Virus record (IMG/VR): IMGVR_UViG_3300009034_000040
Coordinates: 1-59,329 of that record
Direction: 5' to 3' (one strand)
DNA length: 59,329 bases
From: a virus
Taxonomy: Duplodnaviria > Caudoviricetes
Part shown: in pieces, positions 47,713 through 59,329 of the stretch
How positions within the stretch are numbered: the stretch's first letter is position 1
How the letters are laid out: every line of letters begins with the position of its first letter
Program-made: the position numbers and the translations under genes
The notes under the pieces: generated by a model
What the model saw: the letters and a program-made list of their open reading frames with translations, nothing else
What the model was told of the DNA's origin: nothing
Database searches by the model: none

Positions 47713-48327
47713 TCATTGAAATACTCCTATCAGTTTTTTACTAGTTTTTAATCTTAAACTTTTAACCTGTTTAGCTAGCCAAACAGGATTAGTAGAACCT
47801 AACTGATATATAGGAACCACTTCTAGTATTCTCTTAGCTGTTTTAGGACCAATAGTTCTTACGCATTGAAGCATTGCCCATCTAATCCGTTCAGGTGTGT
47901 CTTCTTTGATTACTGCTTTAGGAGGGTACATCTTAGTCTTAGAAGCTCCGTACTTAGTGAATAAAGCAGTTATTACTTCAGCAGTTTCATAGATATTATG
48001 AGTACTTATATATGGTAACTTCCACCCTAAAACTATGCTACTTAATATACCAGACACCAATCGGTCTTTATAGTTAATATTACCCTCCACTATTAATAAA
48101 GGTATCTCATAGGTATCCTTTAAGACTTTAATCTGATCCCAGAAGTGACGTTTACCACTTACTACGCTATTAATTAAGTCGTTAACTGTTTTCCTTTCTA
48201 TGCCGACTTTACCAAATATTACATCTCCACTCTCTATAAACTGTTTTTCTACTGCTAAGTGTTTCTGTTCTAATAAAGAGTAGAGTTCTGCTTCTCCTGA
48301 ACCTCGATTATCAATAAAGATTCCGAT
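47713..48327 (-). CDS. ERCC4 (XPF/Hef/Mus81-type) nuclease with HhH; longer than in the track
   Basis: The frame is open upstream to 48330 and contains IFIDNR, GDVIF...IERKTVND; HhH IGPKTA. The start appears to be ATC. Confidence 0.85.
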   Translation of the reverse strand: MGIFIDNRGSGEAELYSLLEQKHLAVEKQFIESGDVIFGKVGIERKTVNDLINSVVSGKRHFWDQIKVLKDTYEIPLLIVEGNINYKDRLVSGILSSIVLGWKLPYISTHNIYETAEVITALFTKYGASKTKMYPPKAVIKEDTPERIRWAMLQCVRTIGPKTAKRILEVVPIYQLGSTNPVWLAKQVKSLRLKTSKKLIGVFQ

Positions 48328-49066
48328 TACTCATTTCCCCTTTTCATTCTATTATTAGTAAATTCTATAGGGATAATTAATTCAGAACGATTTAATAGAA
48401 GAATTGAACCATAGCTTTCTTTACCATGACCACAACAAGAAGCTAACATTCTTATATTATTATCCTCTAAAACTTGAACTATTGATGCTATACATTTATC
48501 AATCTTACATTTCTTCTTCCATTCACCTTGGCATTTAGGATCGTTAGGATGGTTATTACAGTATGAATTTGGTTGATATGCAGAGTCACAAATAGGTTGC
48601 ATAGTAACCTCAACTACTTTGTCTGTTCCCCATTTACACATTTCTAATCCAGCTCTTAAATTAATGACATGTTAAACAGGTTCCACAGTAAGGACAGAAA
48701 CGCCATGCTTCTTTAGGCAGTACTCTATTGCAGTTAGGACATCGTTCTGAAGGTTTATATAGTTTACAACTCATATGTAGATTCCCTCTGGTTTAGGCTT
48801 CTGTCGTAAAGTCTTCAAGTGTAAACTAGTTAATAAGTTGTCTATGTTACCAGCTAAGAATATTTCTATAGTATTACCTTTGTTAATATTCTCTTCTCTA
48901 AATAGAAGTGGGATATCTCTGATAAATAACCATTTATACTTCATTATCTATTACCAACCAGCTTCAAGATAACTACATCGTTTAGAACAAAATACTGCTA
49001 TATAATCTTCTAAGTTATCTGGTACTTCCACACCTTTTCCACAATGATCACATTCTCTTGTTTTCA

Positions 49067-50212
49067 TTATTTTACACCATCAGCTAAACCTTTCTTAGTA
49101 AGCATAAATTCACAAGTATCTCTAGGTAAATAACTACTATCAAATAGAATTGCTTTCCATGTCTGAGTTTTTACTTGTTGCATTCCTACCCATGTAGTAA
49201 CTGAATGTAGAAACAGTTCTCCGCCTACAGGATAAAACTTTCCACCAGTTTTCATTTGTGAAACCATATCATGTTCTTTCCTGACCCCACCGATCACTTG
49301 ACAACTAAGCACCCATGCCATATTATATTTAGCTATTAAATAATCCATTAATAAAAAATGTTCAGCGAATTCTCTAGTTCTGACAGGAAGCATCTCTGAT
49401 CTACTATATCCAGGTCTAAATTTAGCGGTGAAGCTATCTATACAAACTAAGCCTATATTCTCTTGTTTTTGTTGTATTAATTTCTGTATTATCTTATACT
49501 GTAAATATTGAGCTTTAGCAGTAGGAATATTTTTAGCTTCTAGCACCCACAAGTTATCTAAATCTATTTCTTTGCCTTGGATTTTAGCTATTTGTTCTAA
49601 TCGTTGATCACTGTATGTATCAGTTTCAGTTTCTATATATGCTGCTTGCCTAAACATCTCTTTACCACAACTAGAGCAAGTATTAACTAATTTATCATGT
49701 AAGAAATCACACATAGGACAGTAATGATATTTATCTCTACTTAAACAATCAACTATAGTATCAAACTCTGCTTGTGTTTTACCACTACTGAAACGTCCAC
49801 TCAATCCTGTAGTTCTTAAAGAAGCGAATCCTCCACCTAATAATTTATTAAAGTCTGCTGAACCTGTTTTATAAAATACTCGTTTGAGTCTTCGTTCTCT
49901 AGCTATCTCTTTACCAGTCTTAGGCTTCATTACTGATAATATTGCTGTTTGAGCTGCTTTAATCCAAGCTGTAGCTTTTACATAACTTACGCTCTGTCCC
50001 ATCTCAGCACTTACAGCATCAGCCCTAGCAGTTGCTAAACCAACAAAACTATAACCTAACTCTCGTAGTTTCTCTGCTGTTTTAGGACCTAATCCTGGTA
50101 AATCCTCTAAACGTTTCATTCTGTTATTTCTCGTTTCTCTATCCTGATCTGCTGGTGTCTTCTTATCTGTTGCTATATCCTTTACTTCATTACTACTTAA
50201 TTTTTTAGTCAT
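49067..50212 (-). CDS. radA: RadA recombinase with Zn-ribbon insertion
   Basis: N-terminal HhH LPGLGPKTA, GRFSSGKT, YIETE, CIDS, PVGG. Confidence 0.9.
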   Translation of the reverse strand: MTKKLSSNEVKDIATDKKTPADQDRETRNNRMKRLEDLPGLGPKTAEKLRELGYSFVGLATARADAVSAEMGQSVSYVKATAWIKAAQTAILSVMKPKTGKEIARERRLKRVFYKTGSADFNKLLGGGFASLRTTGLSGRFSSGKTQAEFDTIVDCLSRDKYHYCPMCDFLHDKLVNTCSSCGKEMFRQAAYIETETDTYSDQRLEQIAKIQGKEIDLDNLWVLEAKNIPTAKAQYLQYKIIQKLIQQKQENIGLVCIDSFTAKFRPGYSRSEMLPVRTREFAEHFLLMDYLIAKYNMAWVLSCQVIGGVRKEHDMVSQMKTGGKFYPVGGELFLHSVTTWVGMQQVKTQTWKAILFDSSYLPRDTCEFMLTKKGLADGVK

Positions 50213-52046
50213 CTTTATTCTTTCCCTTTAGATAAATCAGTAACTACAAATAAATACCATTCAGGTGTTTCACATTCTCCGATTTCAGGAAATTCTTTGC
50301 TTTCTATAAATGCTAATAAAGAATTAGTGTAGACATCGTAACCTATCTGAACTATCTTACTGTCTTTAGGTAAAGGATTATTTATTTTCCAATGTAATTC
50401 TTCACCTAAAAAGAATAATTTCAAAAGTTCTTTAGTTATACCAACAATCTTAATTCTACGCTTTAAGTTTACTTCTTTTAATTTCTTAGGCATTACTTCT
50501 CTCTCTCCCTAATTATCTTTTCATATATGCCCATTGACTTACAGTGTTTACATTCCACTTCGTTCTCTAGTGCTTCTCGTTTATTACAAGTTATACACTT
50601 AGTCATTAACTATCTAGCTCCATAACTATACATCCTAATATAACCATTACTAAAGCAATCCATAAACCTTCTTCATAATGATGGGATGTTGAAATAATAC
50701 TAGTTAAAATACCTAAAAAACAGCAAAGTCTTCCCCAACCTCTCCAGTACTTTCCCATTACCAACCACCTAAACTACTTCTATCGTGATACCTACCTTTA
50801 ACGGGATAATTCATGGTTTCTAGCTTACTCTCTTTAACACATAGTTCTCCACAGTTATCACATATAACCTTCCAATACATATGGTAATAAAACTTCTTAC
50901 CTTCCTGAAATAGTTCTCCTATGAAGGTTTCTAACTTAGTTAATTCAGAACCACAAGTATCACAAGTATTACTGTTAGAGTTTTCTTTAAGTAAGTCATG
51001 TCGTTTAATAGGTTCTTTCTTACCTTCCCTCATTTCTTTACCTTCTTAAAAGTATATGTTTGATTAACAAACTTAATTATTAATTCTTCTATATCATCTA
51101 ATGAACATTTAAGCGGAAAACTAATCTTAATACCTCCCATAGCTAGAACTATTTCATCAGCGTATACAATAATCTTACGTGGAATATCTGACTTTATTAA
51201 GAAACTCTTATTTTCATTATTCAAGTTGTATTCTCCTATACCGTCTGAGTCTCTATACTCCATCCTTAATATCTCTCAATGAAACACCTTCATTATTCGT
51301 TCTGCTCGATAACGCATATCATTCTTATCTAAGAAATCTAAAAAGTTAATCCAATTATCCTTTGTTATTTCTGATTCTTCAATAACTATTCTCCAACTAG
51401 AATTTTCATATATGGAAAACACTAATTCAAGTGGAGCCTCTTTAAGAAATTCTTTTCTAATTCTTAAACCTATATCTTCACCATGCTCTTTACAAAACCA
51501 AAGAGATTTTATAAATATAAATCCTTTTTCTTTACATCCTTTAATATAACATCTTTTCTCTAGTTCTTTAATCAAGTTGAATTCTCCTATAACGTCTAGA
51601 TCTGCTGTAATCAGACTTCTTATTTTTTCTTTTACCCATTAACTCTTGTGCTTCTCTAAAAAAAGGGCAGTTGTAGCGATTGCATCTAATATTTTTATCT
51701 TCTCTTATAGGATGTCTACAGAAGAACCTACCACACCTAGCTTTCTGGTGGAAGGGACATCTCCTCTCGTATTTAGTAAAGGTTTCTTGTGGTCTAGGTT
51801 TGATTAGACTTGTCATTTAACTGTCTTCCTATGAACTATAGTCTTACCTATAACATATTTTATAAAATCTGGATTATCCCACTTCCAATCACAATCTTGA
51901 CATTCAAAACTCTCTGCTGGTCTAATATCAGGGTATAAATCAAATAAAGCAAATGAATCTTTTATTCCTTTATCCGTTAATGAACCCGTTATTATAATTT
52001 CTAAAATATTATGAGAATGACAGTTAGGACATTCATGTTTAGTCAT

Positions 52047-52544
52047 TTAACTATACCTTCGTTTCTTTCTGATTTCTGTTACTAAGTCAGCTCCTAACTC
52101 TATTCCTTTATGTAAACCTTTCTCATACTCCTTCTGTAGTAACCCCGAAGCTAGTAGTTGATTCTCCAGTCGTATAGATACAGGAGGCCTTTCTATTTCT
52201 ATACCATATACCTGATTGTTCAATGAGAGTCCTAGTTTTATCAAATCAGTTAGCTTATCAATCAATGTACCACTCGTTTTCTCTGTTAGTGCGGACTTTA
52301 ACAAATTATCTATGTCTTGTAGAAACTTCTTCTTCTTTTTTATTAAAGTCTGATAGGCTTCTGAACCGTGACAACTAGGACAATCTAGCCGTAAGTTCTC
52401 TATGCTATTATTACTAGGATCTCCATCTAAATGATGTCTGTGAAACCCATTTGCTAAGGATTTCCCACATTTAAAACAAACTCCGTCTTGAAGCCTAAAA
52501 ACTACTTCTACCTTCCAAGGTTCAAAGTCTTTACGTTCATTCAT
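52047..52544 (-). CDS. HNH endonuclease
   Basis: CFKC...HHLDGDPSNNSIENLRLDCPSCH. Confidence 0.85.
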   Translation of the reverse strand: MNERKDFEPWKVEVVFRLQDGVCFKCGKSLANGFHRHHLDGDPSNNSIENLRLDCPSCHGSEAYQTLIKKKKKFLQDIDNLLKSALTEKTSGTLIDKLTDLIKLGLSLNNQVYGIEIERPPVSIRLENQLLASGLLQKEYEKGLHKGIELGADLVTEIRKKRRYS

Positions 52545-53995
52545 TCTTAAACATCTCCGAATAATTTTTCATATCTCTTTCTAGCAATAATATATTCTTT
52601 CTGAGTTAAAGCAATACGGTATAAATAATTTCCACAGACTTCAAGTCTACATATTAATAGTTCTTCTTTACGTTTACTCATCTTTACATAACTCCTTAAT
52701 TATAGGTTCTAACTTAACTAACATCTTATATTCTTTAGCTAATGCTTGAGACATCAATTTAAATAGTTCCAGATTGTAATGATGACTACATAATGGTTTG
52801 CCCACCTTATCAGTGACAAATCCTTCATTACCACAGAAGATCTCAACATTATCTTTACTATTACAAACTATACATTTACTCATCTAAAAATCCCAACCAT
52901 TCTAGATATTTCTTAAAATTATCCTTAATAAATTCGTTTGGTTTTCTAGAATAAATTGATATATTTTTATTTGTTATAATTATACCTACTTCGAGTTTTA
53001 ATTTTAACTCTTGTTCCAATTCTAACATAAGTGCAAATAATTTATCTTGAGATAAACCTTTAATGTTAAGCATTACAAACCTATCTTTAGAACATAATAA
53101 TTCTTCTAGATCATTCATCTTCTAAATCACCAAACCATCTAAAAAGTTTCAATAATAGATATTTATAATCCTTAGTTATTTGATCATCACCTTCACAATC
53201 TATTTTAGCCCATTTTAGCCAAAAACTATTTGGAAGTAATTCTTTCTTAGCTTCTTTAATAATCTCTAATAAGTAAAATTCAGTAAATAAACCATCTATA
53301 CTTTTATCTTTTATCCGTTTTTCTAATTCTCCTTCCATTACTCTTTAACCTCATCTAAAGAATAAGTCTCTACTTTATCTTTTATTGTATTAGGGAATTC
53401 ATCTGGTCTGAATAATTCTATAGTTCTTATATGTTTTAATTTTTCATTAACAGTAACAAAGGCACTCATTAAAAACTGTTTAGTAATTTCTCTCCAATAA
53501 AGTTTTATTTTAAATTCATTGTAGTCTATTCTTATTAATACCCAAACTAATCCATCATTTCCTATTTTCTTATCTCCTAATTCAAACATCATTCGTTAAC
53601 TCCTATAACTGGAATACTTCACACCAGCGACATCTACTATTTTTGCATCCAGCTATATAAGTATTGTTTATCTTAAGAGCATCAGTTCTCCATAACTCAC
53701 CTTTACACTTAGGACATCTATCTGGTACATTAGTAGGTTTAGTTTTATCATCCTCAATCCAACCATGAACTATTAACTTAACTGGTTTATCATTCATCTC
53801 GAAATATTTCCTTATTAAGTTTAGCAGTAATAATAATTGATTCATCTTCAAACGTAGCAGATAAAACCTTTCCTACATACATTCCTTTATATTTTACTGG
53901 TTTTCCAATTATCTGTTTAGATAACTGTGCTAAAGCTTCTTTCGAGAATTCTATATATTTCGGTTCATATTTATTATTCATTACAATCGTAATTA

Positions 53996-55033
53996 TCATA
54001 TTCTAAAAGTCCTCCCACAACTATTACACATTTTACGATTAGCACTCCAATTAATAATATTCCCACTGTTACAATTTTTACATCGTAACCCATAACTTTT
54101 ACTTAACTTAACTTTAGCATGGGAATAACTTATGCCTCCTCTAGCTAAATAATTCTTGTAACAACCTGTTAAGTCGTACTCCTGTATATTATGTTCATCT
54201 GAATGAAATCTAAGTATGGGAGCACCTACATCAGTATAAGGATAATCTCCAGCTTCAGCATATCCCGGTTGCTTAATGAAACAACCTGTAGCTACTAAAT
54301 ACTGCCGTCTAACAACATTCGCAATAGAACCATCTATAACTTCTAGTAATCTAAAAGTTCTTGGTTGAAAACTCAATCTATGCGTATGCCCATGTATTAT
54401 TAATGAAGCTACATTCTGACTACCAGCTCGTCTAAGCTGTAAATCCTGATTAACCCTAGCTTGCGTCTTACTATGTCTTATTTGAGCACCGTATCGTTTA
54501 TCTCCTGCTTTAAATATAACAAATACTCCTCTCTGAGGTTTACCTATATAGATATCTTCATTCGGTGTGAGTCCTAGTTCCCTAGCTATATCTTCCGTTA
54601 ACCGTTTACTTGTGCTCTTTCTGATAAATCGTTCTTCATGATTACCCCATAAAATAAACTTAATTCTACTAGCAAAAGGTTTAAAGTCTGCTATGAACTG
54701 TTCTATCTGATCATCTATAGGTATCCTGTCATCCTCTCTAATAAACTGTGATCCTTGCCCGTACTCTAGTATATCTCCCATTAAACCTATCTGAATGTTA
54801 GGGTGATCTTTTAAGTAATTAAGATATCCATGTAGTACTGAAGCACTAAAACTTTCATTACCGTAGTGAAAATCACCCATGAATATAAACTCTCCGTAAT
54901 AAAGTTTAATAGAAGATAGTTTCTTACCCTCATAAAATATCGTTTCCCTATGCTCAACAATAGGTAAATCTATCTCTATTAATCTCTCTAAGTCTGCATC
55001 AAGAAAGACACCGGTAATCGAGTTAGGTTTCAA
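53996..55033 (-). CDS. Calcineurin-like metallophosphoesterase
   Basis: GDFH, GD, GNHE, H, GHTH; C-terminal Zn ribbon. Confidence 0.9.
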   Translation of the reverse strand: MKPNSITGVFLDADLERLIEIDLPIVEHRETIFYEGKKLSSIKLYYGEFIFMGDFHYGNESFSASVLHGYLNYLKDHPNIQIGLMGDILEYGQGSQFIREDDRIPIDDQIEQFIADFKPFASRIKFILWGNHEERFIRKSTSKRLTEDIARELGLTPNEDIYIGKPQRGVFVIFKAGDKRYGAQIRHSKTQARVNQDLQLRRAGSQNVASLIIHGHTHRLSFQPRTFRLLEVIDGSIANVVRRQYLVATGCFIKQPGYAEAGDYPYTDVGAPILRFHSDEHNIQEYDLTGCYKNYLARGGISYSHAKVKLSKSYGLRCKNCNSGNIINWSANRKMCNSCGRTFRI

Positions 55034-55740
55034 TCAACTCTACTCCATTAACTAATTAAGCTTACCATCTTAAGAAGAAAGAATACACCAAATAACACTA
55101 CTAATATGCTAAAGTGTGGACGTAAAACCTTTCCAATTAAGTTTAATCTTTTATTACTTGAAAAATCTAGTATCTCATTTAATATACCTACAAGTAATAA
55201 AGATCCTGAAGCTATAAGCCCGCAATCAGCACAGAAGAACAATACATTTAATGCAGTTAACATTTAACTAGTCTTCTCCCATCTTTCTTTGCATTTCCTA
55301 CATAAAGGGATTCTTAACCTGTCAGGTGTTTTCTTTCTCGTTACAGCTTTATTAATCCCACAGTTTGAACAAATCATTAATCAGTCACCTTAAACATCAC
55401 TATTATGTATTTCATCTATTATATGTATCTCGTATACAAATATATGATAACCTTCCTTAGCAAATAATTGAATTAATTCTGAACCTTTATGCAAATATAT
55501 AGTATGGTAAATGGTTCCTCCAAGATTATATATTTTATCTTCGTCTGGTAATAAATTATCACATTCAGTTTCCAAGATCATATCTCTCCTTTACTCTTTA
55601 AATAAGCTTCTGCTCCACCCCAAGGATAAATAAGGTTAGAATTACAGTTAGGACAAGGCATTTCATCTCCTAGCCATTGAGTTCCACAACAAGGGCATAA
55701 GAAATCAAACTTGTTTATCCCTACGACTTCTTTAAACTCT

Positions 55741-56151
55741 TTATTCTCCAAGATCATATCTCTCCATCAATTCTTTTAATATTCGCCTATGGCAATAATC
55801 ATCAGTAGGTTCATGACAGATCAAGTAAACAACTCTCTTACCTTTAAGTTCTTTACCTATGTTCTTTATTCTCCTCATCTCTCCTAGTGCTTCACTGCTA
55901 TGTAATATCTGCATCCGGTAACGCTTATCAAACTTGCTTATAGCCCATGCCTTCCTAGGGTCTTGTGTACGTAATAATTCTTTTCTGCAATCATTAAGTA
56001 GTTGTTCACTTGGTCCTAAGATTTTTAACCACTCATTAATCTTAGTCTTTAAGTTCTTAATCCAGAAAGGCCAATACCTCATAACTAATACTTTGTAAGT
56101 AGTTTTAGGTAGTTTATTTATTTCTCTAAGAGACACTGTTTTAATCGTCAT
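55741..56151 (-). CDS. DUF488-family protein
   Basis: LVMRYWP, LGPSEQL, LIC-x-E...CHRRIL. Confidence 0.8.
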   Translation of the reverse strand: MTIKTVSLREINKLPKTTYKVLVMRYWPFWIKNLKTKINEWLKILGPSEQLLNDCRKELLRTQDPRKAWAISKFDKRYRMQILHSSEALGEMRRIKNIGKELKGKRVVYLICHEPTDDYCHRRILKELMERYDLGE

Positions 56152-58326
56152 TCACCCAAAATCTCCTTTATCAAGCCTTCTGTTGAGAAAATACATTCTG
56201 ATTGCATTTCTCGGAGTTCAGCCTCAAAACCCTCAAGCCATTTAATGATTTTATGATGACTAAATGTTTGAGGAAAATTCTTTAGATTACATTTCACAAC
56301 CAGACACCTATAACTATTAAGTAGATTTACTATTATTTAAAGTTTTACTTCTTAAACGCTCAACTAAAACAGGATTGAAGTGTTCCATTCGCCTAAGGGT
56401 TTCTACCTCATCTCTTAAATCAGACTTAGTAGAAATAATCTTAATACTGATTTCTTCCTTCCTAATCTTATCCTTAATAACATTCCTTAAAAGTCTACAT
56501 TGTAAACAGTAGTCTTCCTTCTTCTTAGTGAAGAACGGTTTATTACAACGAAGACAATTCTTCTTAACTATCTTTCCCACCAGGTTTCACTTCTTTAATT
56601 AAGAAATCTCTAATATCAAGTACAACTTCTAATATTGCTTCAACTCGTGCACTAGTCACTATCGGATATTCACCTGATAAACAACATAGTTTAGCTAATT
56701 CTTCAATTTCATCCTCTATTTCTTTTCTATTTCTCATTATTTTCCTCAACTACATCAGACATCCATTTACCACAAATTAAACATACTATATCTATAGGTT
56801 TATCAGTAGGATAACCTTTAATCGGGAATCCTATAAATTGTTGTATAAAATATTCGTCTTGAGTATAATGATTATTCAATAGGTGTAAAGTAATAACATA
56901 AGAATCGATTTGTTTTCTCAATTACTTCATCTCTTTGATATAAGCATATTTCCTCTTAGGTATCACCCTATAAACAGTTCCACACTTCTCACATTGAGCA
57001 TTAACATTAACTACAAGTCCCCATAAGAAAGCACTTAGAAAACTTCCACATTTACAGTTAAAGTATACAACACTAATTAACATCTTACGAAAGGTAGTTT
57101 CTATCCTAACTTTCTGCATTACCCCATCTCTCTTATAATATTTGAAACCCGGAGTTTGTTAGACTAAACATTTTATCAAAGGAACCTACATGAATGTGTA
57201 GTTGCAAATGTAAAATTTTTAGATATATAATGATATAAAACTCTCCTGTTTGTAAATAAATATTCCAACTATTTACAAAACTTTCTTTTAACATTACTTC
57301 AACTCTTTATCAATTCTGTTGAGAATATCACAAAGTCTTCTATCAGGTTCTAAACGATCACCGTATTCCTTAGCTTGACTAACTAGATTACTTATCTCTA
57401 ACAACTGTTTAGCTATTTCGTAACATCTCACTTGATAAGCAAACCCGTAAGCTTTGCCTATAAGAGTATTAACATCTCTAAAAGACTTAACACTAGAACC
57501 AGCACATGCCTCTCTAGCTTTACTTATTAACCGTCTTAATTCACACTGTTGTTTTATATTCTCCATTACTAATTCCCCTATCTAAATCATATAACTGTAC
57601 AGTAGCTTCCCAAGAACCACATCGTTCTTTAAGATGTAGTATATGGGCATGATAAAAAATTAACTTAGTAAAATTACAACGTCTACAATAATATTCTGTT
57701 ATAGCTGGTCCATTACTAGGTATTATAGACCTCATCATTAAAGGCCAACCACATCTACATTTAATCTGGTAGTGAATTTTAACCCTCATTCAAACCACCT
57801 TAGTCTTCTTCAGGGATCTTAACAAATCTTCCTGTTTTGTTATCTCTCCATTTACGAAATGATTTTCTCTTTTTGTCTTCATACGTTTCAACAGTGTGGT
57901 ATCCAATATCAAATATTTTTACTCTTTTCATTTCAAATCACCTTCTTATATTTATAAGTAAAACAGTCTTCTCTATCACTACACTCATTACAGATAGAAC
58001 CATTAAAGTTAAAGTCTTCTCCGTAACAATCTAATTTATAACTTTGTTCAATCTTATTAATGTGACATCTACAATTTAAATGTAAAGCTTGATGTATTTG
58101 TTTTTTAAGTAACTCCCACTCTTCAGTCCAATCCTTAATCATTTAAATTCTTCTCCACTAATCATAGTTCTGTTTTCTAAGTATAGATCTAATAACTAAC
58201 CCTACAATAGCTATAACCGAAGCAGATATCAATACTACCATTACCATCGTTTGCATCTCCGTAAGGATTATTGGAGGCTGCATTTAATTCTTCTTTTACT
58301 CCACTTAATAATACTTCAAGGTAGAT

Positions 58327-58362
58327 AATAAACCTTTCTTAGTCTTTGTTAAACACATAAAC
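58327..58362 (-). promoter_or_regulatory. Promoter with TGT-N3-ACA upstream motif
   Basis: AAGAAAGG-TTTATTAT; plus-strand TTGTTAAACACATAAAC at 58346-58362. Confidence 0.65.
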
Positions 58363-58400
58363 AAAGAGATGGAGCAGATAGACTTAATAAAACTAGTCTA

Positions 58401-58730
58401 TCATGCTTCTTCAACTGTTTTCCACCAGTCAACTATTCGTTTCAAACCTCTACGCCATACAAGCTTTGTTACCTGATCAATCCAGTAGACTACTAAAGCA
58501 AAGTTCAAATATTCTAATGCTTCTGTCGGTGTATAACCTAAACCTTCAGTCAAACCTCCAAATGCTCCACCTATAATCATGGTTTTAGTAAATTTCTCAC
58601 CGTCAAATTTCTCTCCGCTCTTTAGCCAACCAAAGAATGCTGCTCCCGATCCTGCTGCTACACCTTTAAAGATTGTCTCTATGTAAGGAGTAAAGGTTCC
58701 TATTAGACTATCAAACATGAATTCATACAC
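58401..58730 (-). CDS. Small membrane protein, holin-like
   Basis: Three hydrophobic segments; GWLKSGEKFD-x-EKF-x-KT motif. Confidence 0.5.
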   Translation of the reverse strand: MYEFMFDSLIGTFTPYIETIFKGVAAGSGAAFFGWLKSGEKFDGEKFTKTMIIGGAFGGLTEGLGYTPTEALEYLNFALVVYWIDQVTKLVWRRGLKRIVDWWKTVEEA

Positions 58731-58774
58731 CTCCTGTTTATATTACTTACTTAACTAGATACTCATTAATATAG

Positions 58775-59329
58775 GTTTCTCATCTATGAATTAAGAACTA
58801 TGAAATTGTTGATTACTACGTAAGTAAAGTACACATTAAGTGCAATCAATAATCCTAAAAGAGTGTAAATAAGAATGTAAGTCTTTTCTCTCTTAGATAT
58901 CTTGTACCCTATATACACTAATAACCCTAGTAGAACAGGTAGAGAAAACTTAAACAATAAATCAGAGAATTGAATACCGTGAGTATTGAAATGTTGTAAA
59001 ATAGGATTAGCTTCCACATGACCTATAGAGAGAACTATGTTTGTAGTAATGACATCCATTACAGTTAGAAATAGGAATATACTAAATAATAGTATTGAAG
59101 TAATCTCTAGTTTATTCGTCATTTATCTCTTACTCTAATTAAACTAATTTTCTACAACTGTTTCTAATTTCCAACCGTAAGCTTTAGCATCCCAATGTGT
59201 ATTTATTATTTCAGTTACATCCCAGTAGCACCGTGATTGAAATTGTCTATCGGGTTGTGTATGTAGAGGAATTAAATAATCTGCTACATAATAATTCTTT
59301 TCAATAAATCCTTGTTTTGTTTCGTTAGA
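58775..59329. repeat. Terminal direct repeat, right copy
   Basis: Matches 1-555 (offset 58774). Confidence 0.95.
58784..59122 (-). CDS. DUF5658-like membrane protein, variant allele of 10..348
   Basis: First 70 aa identical; C-terminus divergent. Confidence 0.7.
   Translation of the reverse strand: MTNKLEITSILLFSIFLFLTVMDVITTNIVLSIGHVEANPILQHFNTHGIQFSDLLFKFSLPVLLGLLVYIGYKISKREKTYILIYTLLGLLIALNVYFTYVVINNFIVLNS

Larger units (their letters stand above)
50215..58283 (-). other. Early region of more than 25 small hypothetical ORFs, many Zn-fingers
   Basis: Co-directional, translationally coupled ORFs downstream of the promoter at 58327-58362. Confidence 0.65.

Noticed and set aside
1-59329. 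tRNA genes, integrase/att sites, IS elements, TIGR/Nop systems, inteins
   Set aside because: No matching motifs noticed by eye; automated scans were not run.

Overview
The window looks like a complete (~58.8 kb) head-tailed (Caudoviricetes-type) archaeal virus genome. The ends overlap by 555 bp, it has BRE-TATA promoters, archaeal-type RadA, ERCC4 and PolB genes, and almost all genes lie on the minus strand. In transcription order it carries (i) a long early region of small ORFs with DUF488, metallophosphoesterase, HNH, RadA, ERCC4, RPA-like, PolB, RNA ligase and two DNA methyltransferase genes; (ii) TerL, portal and a fibre/decoration gene; (iii) a head module that contains a DNA ligase and a LigD-type phosphoesterase, each fused to a zincin peptidase, plus a prohead protease fused to a Pol-beta-like NTase; and (iv) the capsid and a siphovirus-like tail module. 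The best candidate for a new system is a 30-nt bulge-helix-bulge/loop (tRNA-type) intron in the fibre gene (25518-25547). It contains the only in-frame stop codon. Unspliced mRNA would give a 41-aa protein; spliced mRNA would give an 858-aa fibre with an equivalent junction sequence, which suggests isoform control by the host tRNA-splicing machinery. Other highlights: a possibly capsid-packaged end-joining kit, a -1 frameshift site followed by a G-quadruplex motif, three promoter-driven structured non-coding regions, a fixed-spacing promoter motif and a segment-permuted LamG domain. All protein calls come from motif recognition by eye; no searches were run.
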